Assembly (NCBI GenBank): GCA_015486615.1
Contig: WFRI01000090.1
Location: 1,608-65,607, forward strand
From: Candidatus Omnitrophota bacterium
GTDB taxonomy: Bacteria > Omnitrophota > Gorgyraeia > Duberdicusellales > Duberdicusellaceae
DNA: 64,000 nucleotides
Direction of reading: 5' to 3'
A program made the translations under genes and the position numbers. This document shows, one piece after another, positions 19,097 to 30,198 of this stretch. Position 1 is the first letter of the stretch. Each line of letters opens with the position of its first letter. A model generated the notes under the pieces. That model ran no database searches, was not told where the DNA came from, and saw only the letters and a program-made list of their open reading frames with translations.

Positions 19097-19690
19097 AGTG
19101 GTACGCCTTAAACTCTCTACCTGAAGAATTTCCTTAAGCAGTTTTTTCGCCCGGGACACTGTTTTATTCTCTACCCAATAATGGTATTTTTGAGCATATT
19201 TTACTTCTTTTTTTGCCAAACGCAACCTCTTTTTCACTGTCTGGGCATCTTCTGTCGTTCTGGCAAGCAGGCGTCTTTCCAATTCCGCAAAAGACGGAGG
19301 AAAGACAAAAATCAAAACTGTCCTGTCCGGATATTGCCTTTGTATCTCCATAGCACCCCTAACATCAACACTGACTACAAAATGCTTGTTTTGAGCAAAA
19401 GCCTTCTGCAGAAATTCTTTAGGACTGCCATACAATCTGCCGGCCACATTTTTAGTTTCCAAGAAGTCTCCCTGTCTTCTCTTTGCCAAAAACTCTTTAG
19501 GGGAAAGAAACAAATAATCCCGGCCATGCTTTTCGCCTTCCCTCGGCCCGCGGGTTGTTGCAGTTATGCCCTTTAAAAAACTCTTTCTTATGCCCGCGTC
19601 CTTAAACAATTGTTTAAGCAGAGTGGTCTTGCCTGAGCCTGAGGGCCCGGACAAGATAAATATTTTCAGATTCTTACCCTTCGCCAGCAT
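19094..19690 (-). CDS. gmk: Guanylate kinase
   Basis: SGPSGSGKTT, TTR.PR.GE..G.DY.F. Confidence 0.96.
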   Translation of the reverse strand: MLAKGKNLKIFILSGPSGSGKTTLLKQLFKDAGIRKSFLKGITATTRGPREGEKHGRDYLFLSPKEFLAKRRQGDFLETKNVAGRLYGSPKEFLQKAFAQNKHFVVSVDVRGAMEIQRQYPDRTVLIFVFPPSFAELERRLLARTTEDAQTVKKRLRLAKKEVKYAQKYHYWVENKTVSRAKKLLKEILQVESLRRTT

Positions 19691-19922
19691 TTTCCTCTAC
19701 CCGTTCAATAATTGTCTGCGCCTGCAAAGAAGACAGGAAAATAAACCCGCTGTCAGTAATAACCACACTGCGAGTCTTACGGCCGCAGGTAACATCAACA
19801 ATTTTATTGCTTCTTTTTGCCTCTTCAATTAGTCTTTTCACAGGTTTAGCCCCCGCAGCAATTATGCCTACAACTCTTTGTTTAAGAACAACATTATTAA
19901 AGCCTAAATGCAATGCCTGCAC
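19674..19922 (-). CDS. remA: RemA/DUF370 family protein
   Basis: GF.N, P.KR, D.T.GRKTRSV.ITDSG; yicC-remA-gmk-rpoZ synteny. Confidence 0.92.
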   Translation of the reverse strand: MQALHLGFNNVVLKQRVVGIIAAGAKPVKRLIEEAKRSNKIVDVTCGRKTRSVVITDSGFIFLSSLQAQTIIERVEENAGEG

Positions 19923-19927
19923 GCCTC

Positions 19928-20746
19928 TTACTCCAAATTCTGCGAGTGTTCCCTAATTCTTTCAATCGCTTCCTTTATATAAACCGTAAGCGCACAGCCG
20001 CGCCGGTCTCTAATTTTGGCCAAAATAGTATTAGATTCCCTGAGCATCTCCTGAGAAAAGAAGTCTAAAAGCTTGCCTATCCTTTGAGGCCTGCGCCTAA
20101 GCAGCCTTAAAACTTCCTCTATATAAAACAAAAGCAGGACGATTTCTTCATTAACATCCTTTGCCGCATCAGTATTTAAACGCCGGCTATGCTTCTTCAA
20201 TAAACCCGGCAGCTTCTCCACTTCTGTCTTTATGCTCTGCAACTGCCAGCGGATATCAGATAATATTACCCTGGCCTGTTTGTGTCTAAACGTCTCATAG
20301 TCTTTAAGTGTCCGGTCAAAAACCCGTTTGACTTTTACTGGATCGAGGCTGACTTTTGGCAAAAGACTGCTTCCCCTGCTATAATACAAATTTATGACTT
20401 CGTTTAAAGCCAAATCCCCGTTTAATCCTGCACTGCGTTTAAGCAGAAGCATTTGCCGGACAAATTGTCTAAACTCTTTATCCTGCTTTAACCCCAAGGC
20501 CTTGCTTATGGGAGAAGCGGATATTTTAACTTCTACGCGGCCCCGCTGAATAGACTTTAAAAGAGCATCTCTGATATATTGCTCTAAATTTACCGATAAA
20601 CTGTCAGGGTAAAAAAATATATTAACGTCCAGATATTTAGAGTTGACACTGCGCAAAGATACCGTTATTTCATAACCGGAAAAAACCGCCCGTTTGCTGG
20701 CATAGGCAGTCATTGTTTTAGAACATCCGGCTGTTTCTTCGCTCAT
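19928..20746 (-). CDS. YicC/YloC family endoribonuclease (divergent)
   Basis: RSVNSKYLD, RGRVEV, GK.LDF..QEM.RE.NT..K, IREHSQNLE. Confidence 0.85.
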   Translation of the reverse strand: MSEETAGCSKTMTAYASKRAVFSGYEITVSLRSVNSKYLDVNIFFYPDSLSVNLEQYIRDALLKSIQRGRVEVKISASPISKALGLKQDKEFRQFVRQMLLLKRSAGLNGDLALNEVINLYYSRGSSLLPKVSLDPVKVKRVFDRTLKDYETFRHKQARVILSDIRWQLQSIKTEVEKLPGLLKKHSRRLNTDAAKDVNEEIVLLLFYIEEVLRLLRRRPQRIGKLLDFFSQEMLRESNTILAKIRDRRGCALTVYIKEAIERIREHSQNLE

Positions 20747-21249
20747 GCCCATACTTTTTGCTCTACTTTTTCCAAAGTAATTACCTTGCAGGGATATAAA
20801 TTCACTACTACCTCTGAAGGAGCAAACCAAAGTTTAATTTCCTTCTCCGCATCTTCTGCTGAGGAAGAAGCGTGCACAACGTTTTCAAACAAACCTGTGG
20901 TAAGAATCCGGCCGTAAGCACCCCGCACAGATACAGGATCCGCCTCTTCCGGATTAGTTGCCCCAACTATCTGCCTGACTTGAGATATGGCAGATTCGCC
21001 GTAATAAACCATTGCCAAAACCCTGTTTTCGCCGTGTAGCTGGCCGGTAATATAACGCAGCAACTCCTTGAAAAATGGCCTGTCAGATAAATGCCCATAA
21101 TGCTTCTTAGCCAAAGATTCGGAAACCTTAACGGTTTTTGCAGCAATAATTTTCAGGCCGGCCTGAGAAAGCCGGGAAAGAATATCGCCGGTTAACGATT
21201 TTTTCAACCCGTCAGGCTTAATAATAACTAAAGTCGCTTCTCGTGCCAT
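20743..21249 (-). CDS. ndk: Nucleoside diphosphate kinase
   Basis: TLVIIKPDG, GATNP, SVRG.YG, NVVHAS. Confidence 0.96.
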   Translation of the reverse strand: MAREATLVIIKPDGLKKSLTGDILSRLSQAGLKIIAAKTVKVSESLAKKHYGHLSDRPFFKELLRYITGQLHGENRVLAMVYYGESAISQVRQIVGATNPEEADPVSVRGAYGRILTTGLFENVVHASSSAEDAEKEIKLWFAPSEVVVNLYPCKVITLEKVEQKVWA

Positions 21250-21250
21250 A

Positions 21251-22138
21251 TCATTCCGCCTCCCACCCCAATAACTTTAACAAAGCCTCTAAATCTTCCT
21301 GTGAATAAAACTCCAAAACCACCTTGCCCCTCTTCCCTTTTTGAGCAATGCTAACCTTGCGGCCTAAACGTTCCTGGAGTTTAGTCTCTATATCAGAAAG
21401 GAAGATATCTCTGGATTTGACTTTTTTTGGCCTGGCCCGACTTACTTTTTTCTCCAATAAATTAACCGGTGTATTTTGCTGAAGAACATCCTGAAAAACC
21501 TGCAACATCTGTTGAGAGTCTTTTATCCCTAAAAGAGCACGGGCCTGAGTCTTAGAGACTTTACCTAGTTTGACTGCCTCCTGAATAGGTTCGGGCAAAG
21601 ATAACAGTCTTAGAGTATTAGTAATTGTTGACCGGTCTTTGCCTAATTTTTCAGAAATTTGCTGGTGAGAAAGATTAAACTCCTTAATCAATCTCTGCAG
21701 ACTCTTGGCTTCTTCTAAAGGGTTTAAATCCTGACGCTGGAGATTCTCCATAATAGAAACCAATAAAGCCTGCTGATCCCCTATTTTCTTAACTATTGCT
21801 GGTAACTTATTGATACCCAACAACTTGGCAGCCTTAAGCCTGCGGCTGCCTGCAATTACCTCAAAAAACCCTTTACTAATTTCTCTTACCAACAACGGCT
21901 GCAAAATCCCTTGCTGTTGAATAGACTGTTTTAATTCCTTTAATTCCTGCTCAGGAATTTGCTCCCTGCTTTGGAACGGGCTTAAACGCAGATTGTCAGT
22001 ATCAATATAGATGTATTCTTGATTCTGACTTTTCTCCGGGACTTGGGAAATCAAGCCTTGTTGAGACTGCGTTTTGACCTCTTTGTTCCGAGGGATCAAT
22101 GCTTCCAGGCCTCTGCCCAGCACTCTCTTCTCCATCAT
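21251..22138 (-). CDS. parB: Chromosome partitioning protein ParB
   Basis: LGRGLEAL, GILQPL, IAGSRR, ENLQRQDLNPLEEA, HTH. Confidence 0.96.
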   Translation of the reverse strand: MMEKRVLGRGLEALIPRNKEVKTQSQQGLISQVPEKSQNQEYIYIDTDNLRLSPFQSREQIPEQELKELKQSIQQQGILQPLLVREISKGFFEVIAGSRRLKAAKLLGINKLPAIVKKIGDQQALLVSIMENLQRQDLNPLEEAKSLQRLIKEFNLSHQQISEKLGKDRSTITNTLRLLSLPEPIQEAVKLGKVSKTQARALLGIKDSQQMLQVFQDVLQQNTPVNLLEKKVSRARPKKVKSRDIFLSDIETKLQERLGRKVSIAQKGKRGKVVLEFYSQEDLEALLKLLGWEAE

Positions 22139-22916
22139 ACACTCCCTGTATATCTTGCTTTAATATTTCCTTGGTTAAATTAAAGTATGCCCTAGCCCCA
22201 ATACAATGTTTATCGTATAAAACAATGGGTTTGCCGAAACTCGGAGCCTCAGACAACCGGACATTCCTGGGAATAATAGTCTTATAAGCCTTATCAGGGA
22301 AGAACCGTTTAACTTCATCAATAACCTGCAAAGTCAAACGAGTCCTGAAATCAGCCATAGTCAAAATAATTCCTTCTATTTCTAAATTCGAATTTAACCG
22401 TTCCTTGATTAGATTTACAGTATCTAAAAGCCGGCTTAAACCTTCTAAAGCATAATATTCACACTGAATAGGGATCACTACGCCCTGTGCCGCACAAAGA
22501 GCATTAAGCGTAAGCAAACTTAGAGACGGCGGAGAATCAATAAGAATAAAGTCAAAATTATCTTTTACTTTATCCAGAATCCGAGACAGAAAATATTCGC
22601 GAGAATCCGCTCCTACAAATTCTATTTCTGCACCGGCTAAATCCGGTTTAGCAGGCATAATATATAAATATCGGATATCCGTGGTAAAAATAGCCTTTTG
22701 TGGAATAACACTCTTATACAAAGCCTCATAAACTCCAACATCAACTTTATTTTTATCTACCCCTAAACCGCTGGTGGCATTAGCCTGAGGATCCAAATCT
22801 ATAACTAATACTTTTCTGCCAGCCAAAGCTAAAAAAGCCGCAACATTAATTAAACTGGTTGTCTTACCTGTGCCGCCTTTTTGATTGCAAAAACTTAATA
22901 CTTTCCCCATACTCAT
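22002..22916 (-). CDS. parA: Chromosome partitioning ATPase ParA/Soj
   Basis: NQKGGTGKTT, DLDPQANAT, PIQCEYYALEGL, IPRNVRLSEAPS. Confidence 0.96.
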   Translation of the reverse strand: MSMGKVLSFCNQKGGTGKTTSLINVAAFLALAGRKVLVIDLDPQANATSGLGVDKNKVDVGVYEALYKSVIPQKAIFTTDIRYLYIMPAKPDLAGAEIEFVGADSREYFLSRILDKVKDNFDFILIDSPPSLSLLTLNALCAAQGVVIPIQCEYYALEGLSRLLDTVNLIKERLNSNLEIEGIILTMADFRTRLTLQVIDEVKRFFPDKAYKTIIPRNVRLSEAPSFGKPIVLYDKHCIGARAYFNLTKEILKQDIQGVYDGEESAGQRPGSIDPSEQRGQNAVSTRLDFPSPGEKSESRIHLY

Positions 22917-22931
22917 TAATTCTTCTCTAAA

Positions 22932-22947
22932 TGTTTCATATGAAACA
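22932..22947. promoter_or_regulatory. parS site 1 (variant core)
   Basis: Perfect palindrome TGTTTCATATGAAACA; canonical is TGTTTCACGTGAAACA. Confidence 0.85.
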
Positions 22948-22954
22948 TAGCAAA

Positions 22955-22982
22955 ATTATAGAACAAAAAGAAATTTTGTCAA
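22955..22982 (-). promoter_or_regulatory. sigma70-type promoter of parAB
   Basis: TTGACA-16-TATAAT. Confidence 0.8.
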
Positions 22983-23033
22983 GAGGAATTACTTCCAATT
23001 ACTGACAACACGCCTTCTTGCCACTACCCGTGT

Positions 23034-23055
23034 AAAAAGCGCTAACGCGCTTTTT
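23034..23055. repeat. Hairpin module of the dispersed element (possible yidC terminator)
   Basis: AAAAAGCGC-TAAC-GCGCTTTTT. Confidence 0.7.
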
Positions 23056-23064
23056 AGCGGTAGG

Positions 23065-23080
23065 TGTTTCATATGAAACA
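23065..23080. promoter_or_regulatory. parS site 2 (variant core)
   Basis: TGTTTCATATGAAACA inside a 24-bp perfect palindrome (23061-23084). Confidence 0.85.
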
Positions 23081-23081
23081 C

Positions 23082-24545
23082 CTAAACGAGTTGGGATTTA
23101 TTGATTTTATATTGATATGCAGCGGAAAGCACACTATTGGTAAGCCAGTATAAGGTTAAACCAGCAGGAAAATTGTAAAAAATAATTCCTAAAAATATAG
23201 GGAAAAACATAGTCATCATTTTCTGCTGGTCCGAAGAGACTGTTTTGGGCTGCGTAAATTTTTGTTGGGCAAACATTACCCCCGCCATTAAAACAGGCAA
23301 AAGATTGAAAGTTTTGCCAATAAACGGCAGGCTGGCAGGAAAAGTAAATAGAGCATCCGGTAAGGAAAGATCCTTTATCCACAGAAAATGCGCACCTTTA
23401 ATAGCAATAAACCGCATTAGAATTTGATAAAGCGCAAAAAATATAGGTATTTGCAAAAGCATAGGCAAACATCCGGACAGAGGGTTAACTTTATACTTCT
23501 TATATAAAAGCATAATTTCCTGATTCAACTTTTGTGGATTATCTTTATATTTTCTTTTCAATTCTTCCATCTGTGGCTGAATTGTCTGCATCATTTGCAT
23601 AGATTTTAAGCTTTTCTTGGTCAACGGAGAAAAAGCAAAGTAAATTAGAAGACTTAAAACAATAATACTTAAACCCCAATTGCGGAAAACTATATGCAGC
23701 ACCTTTAAGGTTTTCAACAACAATACAGCAACGGGATGGAATATTCCATAATTAACAACCTGGCCTAAATCATGTTTGGTCAAATATCCCAACTTCTCAG
23801 GACCGAGATATATACCAACTTTAAATCGCAACTCCTTGATAATACTAAAGATACAAGCGGAATTGTCCCAATGCCCTCCAACAAATATGCCTGTTTGCGG
23901 TATTTGCGCGGCTAAAAGAAAATACCTGCTCCTAAACCCGCTATTTTCTGCCTGCCATGTTAAAGAAGACTTTTTGAGCCTATTTAAATTTACCCATTTG
24001 ATTTTACCGGCTGCGGGTTGATAAAAAGCCTGTTGGTAACGGCCAGAAAAGCCTCTTGCCTGAGCAACTGTCCCTAAAAGAACATTGGAATTTTTAGCCC
24101 CAACAATTGTAACTCTTAACCAATAATCATCTGCCAAAGTAAGAGTTTTTACCCTGCCGGTTTCTTGTCCGGTTAGCAAAATTTTATTATTAAATTGTTT
24201 AATATTGTAATTTTCTTCATCGCCAACCAAGAGCAATAAATCGTGATAACCCGAATCTTCATTATATTCTTTCAAATACACATTTTTGATATATCCTCCT
24301 GGGTTGCATATAGTTAGTTCATAACGGCCAAAAGATACCGGCTGGCAGGATTCTGCAACCGTACGCTTTTCATTTTTCTGCAGGGGTAAAGACTGTGTTT
24401 TCTGAGTAGAAGACGCAACCTGTTGAGACTGAACATTATTGGTCAATATTGTTTTTCTAGGCGAAGGTGTAAATTTTGCCTGCCAAAGCAAAATAATCAA
24501 CAAAGATAAAGTAAAGGCTAAAAATAAACGTTTTTCCTGGTTCAT
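23082..24545 (-). CDS. yidC: Membrane protein insertase YidC
   Basis: NWGLSII, VNPLSGCLPMLLQIPIF, FLWIKDLS.PD, PAGLTLYW. Confidence 0.96.
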   Translation of the reverse strand: MNQEKRLFLAFTLSLLIILLWQAKFTPSPRKTILTNNVQSQQVASSTQKTQSLPLQKNEKRTVAESCQPVSFGRYELTICNPGGYIKNVYLKEYNEDSGYHDLLLLVGDEENYNIKQFNNKILLTGQETGRVKTLTLADDYWLRVTIVGAKNSNVLLGTVAQARGFSGRYQQAFYQPAAGKIKWVNLNRLKKSSLTWQAENSGFRSRYFLLAAQIPQTGIFVGGHWDNSACIFSIIKELRFKVGIYLGPEKLGYLTKHDLGQVVNYGIFHPVAVLLLKTLKVLHIVFRNWGLSIIVLSLLIYFAFSPLTKKSLKSMQMMQTIQPQMEELKRKYKDNPQKLNQEIMLLYKKYKVNPLSGCLPMLLQIPIFFALYQILMRFIAIKGAHFLWIKDLSLPDALFTFPASLPFIGKTFNLLPVLMAGVMFAQQKFTQPKTVSSDQQKMMTMFFPIFLGIIFYNFPAGLTLYWLTNSVLSAAYQYKINKSQLV

Positions 24546-24549
24546 AAAG

Positions 24550-24759
24550 TTATTTTAATTCGTCTATCCCTCCGGGATGAAACGGATGGCATTTCATTAT
24601 TCTTTTTAAACTAAGAATCAACCCTTTTACAAACCCGTATTTCTCAAAAGCCTGGCGGCTGTATTCTGAACAACTGGGATAAAAACGGCAGGAATGCGGC
24701 AAATAGGGCGAAATATATTTTTGGTAAAAGGCCAGAAAATACACTGCTAAATATTTCAT
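24550..24759 (-). CDS. yidD: Membrane protein insertion efficiency factor YidD
   Basis: [26 protein letters not shown]. Confidence 0.96.
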   Translation of the reverse strand: MKYLAVYFLAFYQKYISPYLPHSCRFYPSCSEYSRQAFEKYGFVKGLILSLKRIMKCHPFHPGGIDELK

Positions 24760-24896
24760 TAAACCGAGAGTTTTTTTCTGCCTTTTTTCCTGCGCCGGTT
24801 AAGAATTGCCCGGCCGGTTTTAGTCTGCATTCGTTTTCTAAATCCGTGTTTGTGCTTGCCTTTTAATTTTGTAGGAGTAGTATACCCTTTTTTCAT
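24759..24896 (-). CDS. rpmH: 50S ribosomal protein L34 (not in ORF track)
   Basis: [45 protein letters not shown]. Confidence 0.95.
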   Translation of the reverse strand: MKKGYTTPTKLKGKHKHGFRKRMQTKTGRAILNRRRKKGRKKLSV

Positions 24897-24905
24897 AGCA
24901 AAAAG

Positions 24906-24983
24906 ATTTTAGCCAAAGACTACCGAAGTGTCAAGGGTTATTACCAAAAATTTTGTTGCATTCGCTTCCGCCTGAGTTATAAT
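24906..24983. promoter_or_regulatory. Divergent rpmH and dnaA promoters
   Basis: Minus: TTGACA-17-TAAAAT (24934-24906). Plus: TTGCAT-16-TATAAT (24956-24983). Confidence 0.7.
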
Positions 24984-25052
24984 TAAGTCTTAGTTGTGCC
25001 CTCTTTTTACTGTTTTTTCTTTTCCTGTTAATAAAAAGGTACTGCAAAGGTT

Positions 25053-26375
25053 ATGAATCTTTGGGAAAATATATTAAATCAATTAAGGCCCCATATCGGC
25101 AGCACTGCTTTAGAAACATGGTTTGCCCCGATTAAACTAAAAACCGCGGGAAAGACATCTTTGATAGCAGAGGTTCCGGATAAGTTTTTTAAAGACTGGA
25201 TTGAAGAACACTACGGAAGCCTGTTAAAAAATATTCTTTCTTCTTTAGGATATGAACGGGATTCTTTGGTTTTAGAAATCAACCCTGGGCTTTTGCACAC
25301 AAAAACGCAAAGAGTTCTAAAGAAAATCGGCGCTCGATTTAAAAATCCGCCGGCCAATGTAGAACACACTAATTCCCGGTTTACTTTTGAAAACTTTGTT
25401 GTCGGCCCGTCTAACCGTATGGCTCATGCGGCAGCAGTAGCAGTATCCGAATCTCCGGGCAAAATCTACAATCCTTTGTTTATCTACGGCAATGTAGGCT
25501 TGGGCAAAACCCATTTAATGCAGGCAGTTGCCCATGCTGCAGCAAAAAGAGCCGAAGTAAAAATACAGTACATATCTTCAGAGAATTTTACCAATGAATT
25601 GATAAGCGCTATCCAGAAAAGAAGCACCCAAAAATTCCGGGAAAAATACCGCAATATAGACATTTTATTAATAGACGATATTCACTTTATTGCCGGAAAG
25701 GAATCTACTCAGGAAGAATTTTTTCATATGTTTAACGTGCTTTACGACAACCACAAACAAATTGTCCTCTCATCGGACCGGCCGCCTAAAGAAATCCAGC
25801 AATTGGAGGAAAGGTTAGTTTCGCGATTCTGCTGGGGGCTGATTGTAGACATTCAGCCGCCGCCGTTTGAAACCCGCATGGCAATTTTAAAAAAGAAAAT
25901 AGAAAAAGAAGTGGTGAAAGTAGATGATAATGTCTTGGCTTTTATTGCAGAAACTATTACCACAAATATTAGGGAATTAGAAGGCGCTCTAATAAGAGTC
26001 ATTGCCTACGGAGTAATAGAAAATAAACCTATTACTTTAGAAACAGCCCGCAATGTCTTAAAAGATATGGTCAAAGAACATACAGAAAAGATTGACACTA
26101 AACGGATTTTAAATAAAGTGAGCCTTTATTTTGGTGTTTCACCGGAAGAAATAAAATCAAAAAAACGCAGTAAAAATTTAGTCCTGCCCCGCCAGATTTC
26201 TATGTACCTTTTACGGGAATTAACTGATTTGTCTCTGCCGGAAATAGGAAATACTTTAGGTTCCAAACACCACACAACAATACTGTATGCGCATAAAAAA
26301 ATAAAGGAGGCATTAAAAAAGAATTTGCAGATGCAGAATGTTATTAACAGTATATTAAACGATATTCACAGTTAA
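25053..26375 (+). CDS. dnaA: Chromosomal replication initiator DnaA
   Basis: YNPLFIYG..GLGKTHL, LLIDDI.F, NIRELEGAL, domain IV. Confidence 0.98.
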   Translation: MNLWENILNQLRPHIGSTALETWFAPIKLKTAGKTSLIAEVPDKFFKDWIEEHYGSLLKNILSSLGYERDSLVLEINPGLLHTKTQRVLKKIGARFKNPPANVEHTNSRFTFENFVVGPSNRMAHAAAVAVSESPGKIYNPLFIYGNVGLGKTHLMQAVAHAAAKRAEVKIQYISSENFTNELISAIQKRSTQKFREKYRNIDILLIDDIHFIAGKESTQEEFFHMFNVLYDNHKQIVLSSDRPPKEIQQLEERLVSRFCWGLIVDIQPPPFETRMAILKKKIEKEVVKVDDNVLAFIAETITTNIRELEGALIRVIAYGVIENKPITLETARNVLKDMVKEHTEKIDTKRILNKVSLYFGVSPEEIKSKKRSKNLVLPRQISMYLLRELTDLSLPEIGNTLGSKHHTTILYAHKKIKEALKKNLQMQNVINSILNDIHS

Positions 26376-26470
26376 TATAAAAATATCCACAGGTTGTTAT
26401 TATCAAAATATATTGATAAATAAAGAAACTTGGAAGTTTTACACAATATTCTAAACTCTTACTATTAAGG
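26341..26470. other. Putative oriC (dnaA-dnaN interval)
   Basis: Degenerate DnaA boxes ATATTCACA (26362) and ATATCCACA (26383), plus TTATTAACA (26341); AT-rich; gene-strand switch nearby. Confidence 0.6.
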
Positions 26471-26477
26471 AGGCTAC

Positions 26478-27575
26478 ATGAAAATATTAATAAATAGAGA
26501 AGTATTAGAAGAGATGTTAGTTAGTTTGTCTGGAGGGGTCTCTACAAAGAATTTGCAGATACTTTCCTTTGTTTTAATTGAAGCATTAGATAAAAAAGTT
26601 CGTTTTACCGTTACCGACTTGGATATAACTATAACTCATACCAAAAATAGCAATATTCAAGAAAAAGGCAGTATTTGCGTGCCTTTTAAAAACATCGTTT
26701 CTATTGTAAAGTTTTTGCCCAACAGTGAAGTCGTTTTAGACGCACATGATAACAAACTGTGGATAAGGTGTGAAAGGTGTGAATATGTTTTGAATGGAGT
26801 TGGAAAGGAAAGTTTTCCTAAAATACCTCAAAGCAGAGAAAAACAGGCAGTAAAAATTTTGGCTGACGATTTAAGAGATATGGTTAATCTGACCAGTTTT
26901 TGTGTTCTTATGGGGGAGAGTAATTTTATGTTGAGTGGGGTTTTGTTTGAGTTTAACAAAGATGAGTTTAGTCTGGTTGCTACTGATGGAAAAAGGCTTG
27001 CTAAAGCCAGCCGAAAAATGGCTTCTGACCAGGCTGATTTGTCCGATAAAGTTGCTTTTATTCTGCCTTTGAAGACGGTTATGGAACTTAATCATAGCTT
27101 AAAAAAGCAGGAATATGTTTTTGTAGGGTTTGGTAAAAAGCAGGTTGAGTTTGATATGGGCGATATTTTAATTAATTCCCGGGTTATTGAAGGCGAGTTT
27201 CCGGATTACGAAAAATACATACCCCAGGAATCTGACAGCAAATTGTGTGTGGAAAAAGAAAATTTTTTGGCGGTTTTGCGCCGGGCTAATACTTTGAGCA
27301 CAGCTGATTATAAAGGTGTTAAGATTGAAATAAAGAAAGATTATTTAGTGATTTCTAAGTCCACTCCTGATTTGGGGGAGTATAGGGAAGATTTGGCAGG
27401 CGTGGAATATTCCGGCAGAGAAATTGTTTTGGGATTTAACCCTGAGTATTTAATTGATGTATTAAAAAATGCAAATCAGGCGAGGATTTGCCTGGATATT
27501 TACGGGCCTGAAAAACCTATAGTTTTACGCAGTGCGGGGTATTTGTATTTGGCTTTGCCTATGCGTTTAGACTAA
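26478..27575 (+). CDS. dnaN: DNA polymerase III beta clamp
   Basis: VATDGKRLA, GEFPDY, GFNPEYL.D, C-terminal LPMR. Confidence 0.96.
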   Translation: MKILINREVLEEMLVSLSGGVSTKNLQILSFVLIEALDKKVRFTVTDLDITITHTKNSNIQEKGSICVPFKNIVSIVKFLPNSEVVLDAHDNKLWIRCERCEYVLNGVGKESFPKIPQSREKQAVKILADDLRDMVNLTSFCVLMGESNFMLSGVLFEFNKDEFSLVATDGKRLAKASRKMASDQADLSDKVAFILPLKTVMELNHSLKKQEYVFVGFGKKQVEFDMGDILINSRVIEGEFPDYEKYIPQESDSKLCVEKENFLAVLRRANTLSTADYKGVKIEIKKDYLVISKSTPDLGEYREDLAGVEYSGREIVLGFNPEYLIDVLKNANQARICLDIYGPEKPIVLRSAGYLYLALPMRLD

Positions 27576-27579
27576 CTTT

Positions 27580-30193
<2,614 letters not shown>

Positions 30194-30198
30194 ATGTT

